IMG/VR virus record: IMGVR_UViG_3300012200_000017
Span: 1-25,202 of that record
Origin: a virus
Lineage: Duplodnaviria; Caudoviricetes
DNA length: 25,202 nucleotides
Reading direction: 5' to 3' (one strand)
The number at the start of each line of letters is the position of its first letter. Position 1 is the stretch's first letter. The notes below the pieces were generated by a model, which worked only from the letters and a program-made list of their open reading frames with translations, was not told where the DNA came from and ran no database searches. Positions 7,085 to 15,184 of the stretch are shown in pieces. Made by a program: the position numbers and the translations under genes.

Positions 7085-9286
7085 ATGGCGACCACTGGAC
7101 CAGGTTTTGTCGGCCTCGGTAGCCGGATGTCGGATGCAGAACGGCACAAGGTCGAGCAGACCAGAGAGCGCATCCGCGCAAGCTCGAACTGGCTCCATGA
7201 CAACTTCTGGGGTGAGTGGCAAGAAGCCTTCCGCTCTTACGAAGTCCGCACCGAAGACCTGAAGTATCCCAAAGGACATCCACAAGCCGGCCAGGAAGAC
7301 AAGACACGCACCAACGTGGCTATGCCTGAGATGTTTATAGGCGTCCGCAAGAAGGCAGCACGCAAGGCCAGACGGCCGCCTTCGATCAAGGTTCGCGCGG
7401 AGAGTGACGAAGTAGGCGAGATGATGTCGAAGATGGCCACCTACCAGTGGGACCGCGCCAACGAGCAGCGCTATCAGCGGCGCCACGTCCTCCAGGGCGA
7501 TCTTCTGGGCATTTCCCTCAAGGTGCATTACTACGACCAGGTGAGCCAGCAACGCACGCTGCGATACAGCACCGACAAAATCCTGAACGACCTCTACGTC
7601 AAGATCGACGAGCACGATAAGACGCGGAACAACTGGCTGACCGCGGATGATGACGAGCAGGGCGCCGTAAAAGTCAGCACCATGAACGCCGAAATGCAGG
7701 GCAACGTTCTGGCGCAGCTCGGTCCAGAAGTTACCCAACAAAAGAATTTCACGCGGTTCGACGGTCCAGTGTCTGAGTGGAAGTTCATAGGAGACTGGTA
7801 TCCCGAGCCGGAGTTTGACTCCATCCACACAGCCGCTTGGAACATTTTCGAAGGGATCAAGGATGCCGAATGGCTGGCCTACTGGGCAAGCCAGGAGTAT
7901 ACGGACCCGAACACTGGGGAGAAGAAACCGGTTATCGACCCGAAGTTCCTCGACGAGTTGGAAGAGTACCGTCCTCTCGATACGATGAACAAGAGCGAGG
8001 TGTCCGGAGCTGATCGCGACTTCAAGCAAACCCTCCGCGACGTTATCTTCAAGTCTCGTCCTGTATTCCACGCCCGGCTTATCCCTGTCCGGCGCTACCT
8101 CATCCACACCGATTACACCTTCAGAAAAGGGCTTTGCTGGATCCGCTTTATCGGGAACGAGAAAGTTTTCCTCGGTGAGATGCCGTTGCCGTGGGACCTC
8201 GGAGGCCGGTATCCGATCAGCTCTTATACCCCGATGCCTTCGCTGCTCCATGGGATTGGCGATTCGACCGCGCGGAAGGGGCGGCACCTGTGGAAACTGC
8301 ACAACGTCACCGTGTCTCAGCGCACCGACCTCGTGACCAACGCGCTGAAGAAGCTAATCGCCTTGCCGAAGGGCGCGGACGTTCCCAACGAAGTCATGGA
8401 CCTGGGGCTGTTCCGCGTGGTGTTGAGCGACTACCACAAGGAAATCCTCGCCGCGTTTGCCGCGCCTGGGACGACGATTCCTCCGGCTGCCTTTGAGACG
8501 GAATCTCAGGTCATGCGGATGCTCCAAATGCTTGAGCCGGCCATCATCGACTTCGGAGAGCAGAGCCAGGCGGTTCCGAATACCGGGAAGACTGCCACGC
8601 TCGGGATGCTGCAGCAGCGGTCCGCCGACGTTATCAGCGGAGACGAGTTGGAATGTCTGAACGATGCGATCGGGGAAGAGACCGACATTAAGCTGGCGAT
8701 GTGGCAGCAGGTGATAACTGATCGCGAGCTTGAGAAGATGCAGCAGTGGACCCCCAAGAACGACAAAGCGTTCTGGACGCTCACCGGAGGCGGCGGCCCA
8801 AGCAACCCGCGGAAGTCCTTCAGCGATCCCCTCGAGCTGCAAGAGGACTTTGAGGTGTTCCCGGAGTTGGGGTCTACGCTGGCGCTAGACGACGCCATGA
8901 AGAAGCAGCAGGCGCAGGAAATCTACGACCGCGCCATCCAGGCACCGCAAGTTTGGGACGTTATGGAGGCCGCCAAGAGGCTGGCCACAGCTTCCGGAGT
9001 GTCTAATCCAGAAGAGTTGCTGGCTAAGCCGATGCCGCCCCCAGTGCCACCACCGCAGGAGCCGCGTGTCAGTGGTACGGTCTCGGTGAAGGTCGAGGCC
9101 AACGCTATGCAGTCCGATGAGTTACTGACCAAGGTCTTCCAGATCAGTCCGTCCCCGCCTGCCGAGACGGAACTGCGGAACCTGCACGATCACACTAAGA
9201 TGGCCGAGGAGTCCGCCAGGTCGGCAAAGTATCTCGCGGAAGGTGACCCGGAGGAGCAACCACAGCCGCAACCAGTGGGGCAATAA
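7085..9286 (+). CDS. Portal protein (P22/podovirus-like, 733 aa)
   Basis: Size and position after TerL. Segments PMPSLLHGIG, LHNVTVSQRTD and KTAT, plus a Pro/Gln-rich C-terminal tail, are typical of P22-like portals. Confidence 0.85.
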   Translation: MATTGPGFVGLGSRMSDAERHKVEQTRERIRASSNWLHDNFWGEWQEAFRSYEVRTEDLKYPKGHPQAGQEDKTRTNVAMPEMFIGVRKKAARKARRPPSIKVRAESDEVGEMMSKMATYQWDRANEQRYQRRHVLQGDLLGISLKVHYYDQVSQQRTLRYSTDKILNDLYVKIDEHDKTRNNWLTADDDEQGAVKVSTMNAEMQGNVLAQLGPEVTQQKNFTRFDGPVSEWKFIGDWYPEPEFDSIHTAAWNIFEGIKDAEWLAYWASQEYTDPNTGEKKPVIDPKFLDELEEYRPLDTMNKSEVSGADRDFKQTLRDVIFKSRPVFHARLIPVRRYLIHTDYTFRKGLCWIRFIGNEKVFLGEMPLPWDLGGRYPISSYTPMPSLLHGIGDSTARKGRHLWKLHNVTVSQRTDLVTNALKKLIALPKGADVPNEVMDLGLFRVVLSDYHKEILAAFAAPGTTIPPAAFETESQVMRMLQMLEPAIIDFGEQSQAVPNTGKTATLGMLQQRSADVISGDELECLNDAIGEETDIKLAMWQQVITDRELEKMQQWTPKNDKAFWTLTGGGGPSNPRKSFSDPLELQEDFEVFPELGSTLALDDAMKKQQAQEIYDRAIQAPQVWDVMEAAKRLATASGVSNPEELLAKPMPPPVPPPQEPRVSGTVSVKVEANAMQSDELLTKVFQISPSPPAETELRNLHDHTKMAEESARSAKYLAEGDPEEQPQPQPVGQ

Positions 9287-9529
9287 GTGGACCTAGGACT
9301 TTCTGAACAGTTGGTTCTTGGCCGACTCACCGATGACGAAGAACTCCTGTCGCTCTTGCGAGCTCTGGACGCCGACCGCTGCATCCAGTACCAGCGGGAA
9401 TTGATCGATGAAACTCAATCCGCCCAGCCCAACCTGTACAAGATCATTCAACTGGCGTCGAAACTGGCCGAGCGCCGAGAAGGCGTGAAGCGTTATCTCG
9501 TGGAAGCCAAAAAAAGAAGCAATGAATAA
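9287..9529 (+). CDS. Small helical protein immediately downstream of the portal
   Basis: GTG abuts the portal TAA. 80 aa, amphipathic helical pattern. Confidence 0.6.
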   Translation: MDLGLSEQLVLGRLTDDEELLSLLRALDADRCIQYQRELIDETQSAQPNLYKIIQLASKLAERREGVKRYLVEAKKRSNE

Positions 9530-9740
9530 TTGCTATCTGGTCCGGATTGTCTTCATCAAAGCCGGCGAGCCGGTAGAGGAACAGGTGTACAAGCGGGTGG
9601 TCGATAGGTCTCCGCAAGGTGCGATCGTCAAGGCGTTCCACCAGAGCCGCATTCGCAACGGTTCGAACGGGAAAAACCACGGCAACTACGGTTGCGAAAA
9701 ACTGTCGGTCGAAGTAGAGTGCCTAGGTCGCGTCGAGTGA
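9522..9740 (+). CDS. Hypothetical protein (72 aa)
   Basis: Overlaps both neighbours in the operon. Confidence 0.55.
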   Translation: MNNCYLVRIVFIKAGEPVEEQVYKRVVDRSPQGAIVKAFHQSRIRNGSNGKNHGNYGCEKLSVEVECLGRVE

Positions 9741-9991
9741 TGTTCGCCAAGTTCATCAACGGCCCATTTGAAGGGGACGTTCGGAGTATTCCAGACGATG
9801 TCTTCGAGATCCATTGCCGATCGGTTTCTTTCGTGCAAGGCGTGGAAATCCAGTGGGTGCTCTATCGGTACGTTGGGAGCGAATGCAATGGCGACGTGAG
9901 GTTGTTCGCGTTGAAAGGTGTTTCTGAGGAGTTGGTTCTGACCACGAAGGACCGGAAGTTTTTGAAGTCGCTCCACATTGCAGTAGATTGA
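9740..9991 (+). CDS. Hypothetical protein (83 aa)
   Basis: TGATG coupling. The N-terminus FINGPFEG resembles the GGPxDG-type start of small phage proteins. Confidence 0.55.
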   Translation: MFAKFINGPFEGDVRSIPDDVFEIHCRSVSFVQGVEIQWVLYRYVGSECNGDVRLFALKGVSEELVLTTKDRKFLKSLHIAVD

Positions 9992-10010
9992 GTGCTTGTT
10001 TGCTTGCTTT

Positions 10011-11165
10011 ATGAAGATAGCTGTCATTTTCTGCGGAGCTGTAACGGCGGGCTGGAGCGCTGGCGATGGTCTCGCCAATGCCTTCAGAAAAGCCGGGCAT
10101 CAGATTCTTCCAATCGCACGCAGCCGGCACGATTGCCCCAACCTGACAGTCCAATCTTTAAACATGGCTGACGCGATCATTGTCAGCGGTCCCGAACACA
10201 TCTTCCGGAGCCACGTCAAAGGCGAACCTCCCAACGGCTACTCCCTGGCAGAGAATGAACTCACCATCTACGAGTGGAAGCACGAAGTAAAACCTCCCAA
10301 AATCTTCATGTACCACGAGTCCAACCACCGCGAGGACCAGACCTTCGGTTTTGAGGACTACCTGAGCCTCGGTGACTACCACTTCTTTCCGGCCGTCCAG
10401 GATGCGGAGACCTACGACCAGGAGCACTTCGCCAAGGGCCGATCGTTCTATTTGCCGTTTGGTGTAGACACCGACGTCTTCAAGCCGCTGAGTTGTCCGC
10501 GCTGCACGTGTGGGCTCAAAGGTTTTGGTCCAGGCAGAATCTCTCCAGTCACCGGCCTCTCTGGCTTCAGTGTCCAGGAACTGCAAGACGGCAAGCTGTG
10601 TCCTACCTGCTTAGGCTCTGGCATCGTTCGCAGCCCGAAGGATATCGACGCCGGATTCATCGGGTTGATCTATCCCAAGCGCAATCAATTCCTGCACAGC
10701 CTGTCGCAGCACATGAAGCAGGGACGCGACCCCTGGCTGGTCATTGGCAATGTCCAAGTTTTGGACATGGACGGTCCAGCGTGGACCGATCAAGCCCTGC
10801 GCCTGGCTATGAACTACCGGCGCATCAAGGTGTTTCTGAATCTCCCGGCCTACTCAGAACTCTTGGTAAGCAAGGTGGTGGAGATTATGGCTTGCGGGAC
10901 ATTCATCGTCACGCCAGCGTTGAGCGGTGCAGCGGAGGCTAACTGCGATATCTTCCAGCACGCCAAAGAACTAGCCTACTACCATCCCACCAACCTGCCG
11001 TTCCTGGTTCAGACGGTGCGGGAATTCGTCGAGCGCGACGACATGCGCGAGAGAATTGCCATGGCCGGTATGTCCAAGGTGGTCGAGAAGTACGCGCTGA
11101 AGGTCCAGGTGAAGCAGATTTTGGAGCAATGCAAGCTCGGAATGGCGAAAGAGGTAATCCAATGA
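10011..11165 (+). CDS. GT-B glycosyltransferase (Glyco_trans_1_2 / CgeB-like) with a Cys-rich insertion
   Basis: YLPFGVDTDVFKP, DAGFIGLIYPKR, YRRIKVFLNL, KVVEIMACGTFIVT and RERIAMAG. Confidence 0.85.
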   Translation: MKIAVIFCGAVTAGWSAGDGLANAFRKAGHQILPIARSRHDCPNLTVQSLNMADAIIVSGPEHIFRSHVKGEPPNGYSLAENELTIYEWKHEVKPPKIFMYHESNHREDQTFGFEDYLSLGDYHFFPAVQDAETYDQEHFAKGRSFYLPFGVDTDVFKPLSCPRCTCGLKGFGPGRISPVTGLSGFSVQELQDGKLCPTCLGSGIVRSPKDIDAGFIGLIYPKRNQFLHSLSQHMKQGRDPWLVIGNVQVLDMDGPAWTDQALRLAMNYRRIKVFLNLPAYSELLVSKVVEIMACGTFIVTPALSGAAEANCDIFQHAKELAYYHPTNLPFLVQTVREFVERDDMRERIAMAGMSKVVEKYALKVQVKQILEQCKLGMAKEVIQ

Positions 11166-11782
11166 AGGAAGCGTACCCGCTGGCCTGGCCGGATGGCTGG
11201 ATCCGGACCAGGATTGACCAGCGCAAGGGCAATGCCCAATGGAAGAAGTTGGCAAACGAATCCCGCGAGGCGCTGATTAAGGAGTTGGAGCGTATGGGCG
11301 TCGAGGGAATGCTCATCTCCACGAACATCCCGGTAAAGCTCGGTGGAGCGCTCCAGTCGGTCCAGGAACCGCGCGACCCTGGCGTTGCGGTCTACTTCTC
11401 TCGGAAGTTGAAGGAGGACTACTCCTGGCAGGATATTCTTGGCATCAACGACCCGGCGCCGTCACACGATATGATCGACCGCGCGTACCGCGAGAAAGCC
11501 CGGCTGCACCATCCGGACTCTGGCGGTGACATGGAAACCTTCAAGATGATTACGACTGCCCGCGATCGAGCGAAGGCCTGGGTGAACATGCGGGAGAACC
11601 AGGAACACCAATACGTGATTGCCTGCGACCAGTTCAAAGAGGTGCGGCACAACATCACAGCCATCCGGTTGACCATCGCGGCGATTCGCCAGATGGAACG
11701 CTGTGGAACGTCCTCACTGCTCGAGCGAGCCTTCAAGGGGTTCGAAGCGATCACGGAGGTGGCCGGTGCCAAAACTGCTTGA
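11162..11782 (+). CDS. Phage J-domain (DnaJ-like) protein
   Basis: YPLAWPDGWIRT, ISTN and DPGVAVYF. J-domain ILGI...AYREKARLHHPDSGG with the HPD motif. ATGA overlap. Confidence 0.85.
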   Translation: MKEAYPLAWPDGWIRTRIDQRKGNAQWKKLANESREALIKELERMGVEGMLISTNIPVKLGGALQSVQEPRDPGVAVYFSRKLKEDYSWQDILGINDPAPSHDMIDRAYREKARLHHPDSGGDMETFKMITTARDRAKAWVNMRENQEHQYVIACDQFKEVRHNITAIRLTIAAIRQMERCGTSSLLERAFKGFEAITEVAGAKTA

Positions 11783-12245
11783 GATGGGTGAACCGAGCGA
11801 GTTAGACCTCCTACGCCGGCGCGTCGAAGAGCTGGAAGACGAACTACGCATCGAGCGCCTCAAGGTCGAGGAGGTACGGCAAAGGTCAGTGGCTTCCGGC
11901 CGGGCGCTGGCGCGGCTGCGGTCCTACCTGCAACCCTGGCACATGGCGCTGAAGGAAGTTTTCGGTGAACTCGACGGCGCCGGGATTGAGGAAGGGACTA
12001 GTACCCCGGTGATGACGAGCATTTCTCAGCCAGTCAGCGCAGCGGCCTATGATGCTTGGAAAGCTCGTCTGACGCCAAGCTGTGGCCGCGTCATCGATGC
12101 ATTGTTGGTCCAGCCGTTGAACCTGACGCAGATGTCCACGATCTGCAAGATGAACTACTACACAGCGAGGAATTCTATAGTCCTGATGCAGAAGAACGGA
12201 CTTATCGAGCGGGAAGGCAATTCCTTCAGGTTGAAGAGGCTGTGA
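11766..12245 (+). CDS. Coiled-coil plus C-terminal winged-HTH protein, putative regulator
   Basis: GGAGGT precedes GTG 11766 (alternative ATG at 11784). Heptads LRRRVEELEDELR and wHTH-like VIDALLVQPLNLTQMS...MQKNGLIEREGNSFRL. Confidence 0.65.
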   Translation: MPKLLEMGEPSELDLLRRRVEELEDELRIERLKVEEVRQRSVASGRALARLRSYLQPWHMALKEVFGELDGAGIEEGTSTPVMTSISQPVSAAAYDAWKARLTPSCGRVIDALLVQPLNLTQMSTICKMNYYTARNSIVLMQKNGLIEREGNSFRLKRL

Positions 12246-12595
12246 TGCTGAATCGTTGGCTCTGGCTCCTGCTCATTGTGACGCGCCTTCGTGATCGGCT
12301 GCGGTGCCCGAACTGCAAAGCGGTCGGCACGTACAAACTCCACGCGCCAGAACCGCGGTGGCGCTGGCTCTGTAAGTACTGCGGCTACTATCGGGACAAA
12401 GACAGAACGACTTGGTGTGTACCTTCACCGACATTTGGTTGTTGGATATTCGAGGACCAAGAAACTGGATTCAAAGGTAGAACGCCGCTGCTGATGCTAC
12501 GTGAGGGCGCCGCCGAAGACAGCAAGCAAGCATTCTTCGCAGAGCAGCGTCCAGATGAGCACAGGTTGTACGCTGTGTGGCCGTGGAGGGGATGA
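12245..12595 (+). CDS. Zinc-ribbon protein
   Basis: CPNC...CKYC. TGATG coupling. Confidence 0.6.
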   Translation: MLNRWLWLLLIVTRLRDRLRCPNCKAVGTYKLHAPEPRWRWLCKYCGYYRDKDRTTWCVPSPTFGCWIFEDQETGFKGRTPLLMLREGAAEDSKQAFFAEQRPDEHRLYAVWPWRG

Positions 12596-12801
12596 TGAAC
12601 CGTTGCAAACTAATTTCTCCGACCAACCTCATGCTCGAACGTCCGATATTGTCTCCAGTCGAGGAAGTAGAATTCTTCGTCATTGGCACGAAGGAGTACG
12701 GTCGCTTGCGGAAGCAGAATGTGGCTGTAGGTTTTTTGTGTGGTGGGTTTTTCTTTCTTTGCATCGTGCTTCTAATCAAGATTTGGCGAGGAGCCCTATG
12801 A
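12592..12801 (+). CDS. Small membrane protein with a C-terminal TM helix
   Basis: GGAGGG RBS and VAVGFLCGGFFFLCIVLLIKIW. ATGA overlaps at both ends. Confidence 0.6.
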   Translation: MMNRCKLISPTNLMLERPILSPVEEVEFFVIGTKEYGRLRKQNVAVGFLCGGFFFLCIVLLIKIWRGAL

Positions 12802-13679
12802 CAACTGCGCTGGTCCTGGGAGGCGCCGGATTTATCGGCAGCCACCTAATCCCAAAACTCCTTGAGCGCGGCTACGACGTCCATTCGGTGGACCCGCGGC
12901 ACCATGTCCTTGAGACGAAGTTCGGTAATTCCAAACTGCGCTTCGAAGAGTGGATTAGGGGAGCATTTGCACAGAAGAAGTACGATTACGTGTTTCACCT
13001 CGCGGCCTACCTGACACAATTCGACATCAGCCAGCGGAACCATCTGGGGATGTCAGCGTTCTGGGACACCCAGTTAGACTTCCACGTTGCGGCATATCTG
13101 GAACTGAACCCTCCGCTGGAACGGGTTGTCTGGATGTCTTCCGCTGCGACGGATGCCAAGGACACCGAGAACTACGCTTTCGTGAAGTACGTGTCGGAGC
13201 GCTTCGCGCGTTGGCTCGGAAAGCAGAAGGTTCCGGTGGCCATCCTCAAGCCTTACGCCGGCTATGGGCCCGGGCAAAGCCTGTACTACCCCATGCCGGC
13301 CATCATCGACCGAGCGCTTCGCCGTGATGACCCTCTAGCAATCTGGGGAAACTTGAACACCGTGCGCGATTGGATCTACATCGACGACCTCGTGGAGGCA
13401 GTCCTCATGGCCGCGGATGGTAAGTTCCCTTCTGGAGCTGCTATCCCGATCGGAACTGGCGTTGGAACGACCTTCGCAGGTCTGGCGAAACTGATTGCTC
13501 ATCTGGTTGGATATGAGCCGGTTATCCAGGCCGACACGAGTAAGCCGGTCGGCGGGATGTACCGTGTGGCGCTCACCGGAATCTCTAAGGAGTTTGGCTT
13601 CGAAACCAAGGTGACGCTCGAGGAAGGCGTCCAGAAGTGCATCGCGGACGCCAGGAAGGGCTTCGCCAAAGGAGCGTGA
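12798..13679 (+). CDS. NAD-dependent NDP-sugar epimerase/dehydratase (extended SDR)
   Basis: GGAGFIGSHL, VFHLAA, MSS, YxxxK (YAFVK), YGPG and RDWIYIDDLV. RBS GAGGAG. Confidence 0.92.
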   Translation: MTTALVLGGAGFIGSHLIPKLLERGYDVHSVDPRHHVLETKFGNSKLRFEEWIRGAFAQKKYDYVFHLAAYLTQFDISQRNHLGMSAFWDTQLDFHVAAYLELNPPLERVVWMSSAATDAKDTENYAFVKYVSERFARWLGKQKVPVAILKPYAGYGPGQSLYYPMPAIIDRALRRDDPLAIWGNLNTVRDWIYIDDLVEAVLMAADGKFPSGAAIPIGTGVGTTFAGLAKLIAHLVGYEPVIQADTSKPVGGMYRVALTGISKEFGFETKVTLEEGVQKCIADARKGFAKGA

Positions 13680-13680
13680 G

Positions 13681-13944
13681 ATGACAGCAGGACCAGGAAC
13701 AGCAGCATCTTCAGACCATGGCGAGTTTAGCCACCACATCTACATGGCGAACGACAGAACAACCATCCTCCGCGATGGCAAGAAGAGCAGAGTTGTAATC
13801 AACGGAGCGAGGAAAGAAGTTCGCATTGGCTGTACCACGGTCTCCTTTGACGCTTGCCAACGAATATACGCCTTGATGAGGCGGCATGAAGACGCGGTAA
13901 CCTACGTGGCTCAAAGGGAGAGCGATGGTTTATCCACTGTCTGA
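13681..13944 (+). CDS. Hypothetical protein (87 aa)
   Basis: AGGAG upstream. It fills the operon gap. Confidence 0.5.
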   Translation: MTAGPGTAASSDHGEFSHHIYMANDRTTILRDGKKSRVVINGARKEVRIGCTTVSFDACQRIYALMRRHEDAVTYVAQRESDGLSTV

Positions 13945-14338
13945 GATCTTCGACCGGTTGACGATCGAGACGCGCAAGGCGCAGTACGGCGCAAAGAACT
14001 ATGAATTACGTCAGAACTACGTCCGAGCCATTGCGGATAAGTGCGGGCTGTTCATGGCCAACGTAATCGTGGCCGCGATCGAGTTGACGGTTGCTAATGT
14101 GGACATCGCCAATCTCGAATGGGCCATCCGGACGAACAAAGAACTCTCTCCTTCGGAGGTCGGACGCCGGGCTATCGTCATCCGCAAGATCAATGAGGCC
14201 AGAATTGACGCCAAGGTGCACCTGGCCGGGTATCTCGGGGAAGTGCTGGACCCGAAACGCTACGACCATAAGGAGCGTTTCACCTCAATTCTTCAGCCAC
14301 CAGGGAAAAAACGTGCAAAGACTCCACGACCTAAATAG
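13925..14338 (+). CDS. Helical protein resembling the DUF6165 family
   Basis: The pattern LSEIFDRLTI...N..I..LE..IR...IRKINEARIDAK recalls that family by eye. RBS GGGAG. Confidence 0.55.
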   Translation: MVYPLSEIFDRLTIETRKAQYGAKNYELRQNYVRAIADKCGLFMANVIVAAIELTVANVDIANLEWAIRTNKELSPSEVGRRAIVIRKINEARIDAKVHLAGYLGEVLDPKRYDHKERFTSILQPPGKKRAKTPRPK

Positions 14339-14936
14339 CGACGGCATCCTCGCCAGGCAGATGGCCTCGCCGGCGCGGGTGTATTCGAACGACCGCATCC
14401 AGCACATCCGCATCCTGCACGCGCGAAACGCCGTGAAGAAAATCCTGCTGGCCTTCAAGAGCGAGTACGTCTCGACCGCGCACACGATGAGGACCGTGGT
14501 GGAGCTTGGCGCGAACTCTTGCGACATCAGCGGCAGTATCTCCATGGGACACCACGTCCATGTCTGGGAGATTGCGCCGGCCTGCGTCGCGTACATCAAG
14601 AAGACCTATCCGTGGGTGAATCTGCACACCGAAGACCTCGAGCACGCCGAGCCTATGAAGGCGGACTTGCTCATCCTCTGCGAGATCTTGGAGCACCTGA
14701 CGGACCCGAATGAACTGGTCAAGAAGTGGTTGCCCCTCGCGAACTACGCGCTGATATCTTCTCCGCTGCGCGGGGACCTCGAGGTGGACCTAAGCGGCGG
14801 GGAGCACGTGTGGAGCTTCGACGAGGCGGACTTCAAGAATTTCGTGGAGATTGGCGGGCACCAAATCGTGGACCAGACCTCGTTCGCCATGGGCCAATAT
14901 GTAATCAAAATGATGGCCACGAAGCGGAAGGAGTAA
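14313..14936 (+). CDS. Class I SAM-dependent methyltransferase
   Basis: VVELGANSCD, DLLILCEILEHLTDP, ISSP and EHVWSF. Probable GTG start at 14313. Confidence 0.82.
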   Translation: MQRLHDLNSDGILARQMASPARVYSNDRIQHIRILHARNAVKKILLAFKSEYVSTAHTMRTVVELGANSCDISGSISMGHHVHVWEIAPACVAYIKKTYPWVNLHTEDLEHAEPMKADLLILCEILEHLTDPNELVKKWLPLANYALISSPLRGDLEVDLSGGEHVWSFDEADFKNFVEIGGHQIVDQTSFAMGQYVIKMMATKRKE

Positions 14937-14940
14937 CTAC

Positions 14941-15150
14941 ATGGCTGAGAATTTCAAGATCGGAAAGATCAAATTCTACAGCTCTGAGAAAGGTTACGGC
15001 TTCATCAGAGCCGACAACGGAGACGAGTACTTCTACCACGTCACCGACTTCGCGGACCAGGAGTGGCGTCCGGAAGCCGATCAGCGCGTGAAGTTCAACG
15101 TAGTGACTGGTAAGCGAGGCCCCAAGGCAAAATACGTCCAGCCTTGTTGA
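14941..15150 (+). CDS. Cold-shock domain protein
   Basis: GKIKFY, RNP1 KGYGFI, RNP2-like YFYH and GKRGPKAKYV. RBS AAGGAG. Confidence 0.93.
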   Translation: MAENFKIGKIKFYSSEKGYGFIRADNGDEYFYHVTDFADQEWRPEADQRVKFNVVTGKRGPKAKYVQPC

Positions 15151-15181
15151 CATTACAGCCAGCCAATCGGTTAGACTTTTG
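15144..15181 (+). promoter_or_regulatory. Putative promoter, TTGACA-N19-TAGACT (copy 1)
   Basis: TTGACA at 15147-15152 and TAGACT at 15172-15177. The same motif recurs at 20857-20894. Confidence 0.7.
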
Positions 15182-15184
15182 GCC

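Noticed and set aside
5873-8302. Long minus-strand ORFs (5873-6661, 7022-8302, and others such as 21982-22836)
   Set aside because: They are antisense shadows of well-supported + strand genes in GC-rich DNA and have no motifs.
9962-9989. Possible promoter TTGAAG-N16-TAGATT before the GT-B gene
   Set aside because: It is a weak match inside the upstream CDS and lacks the conserved flanks of the two-copy motif.
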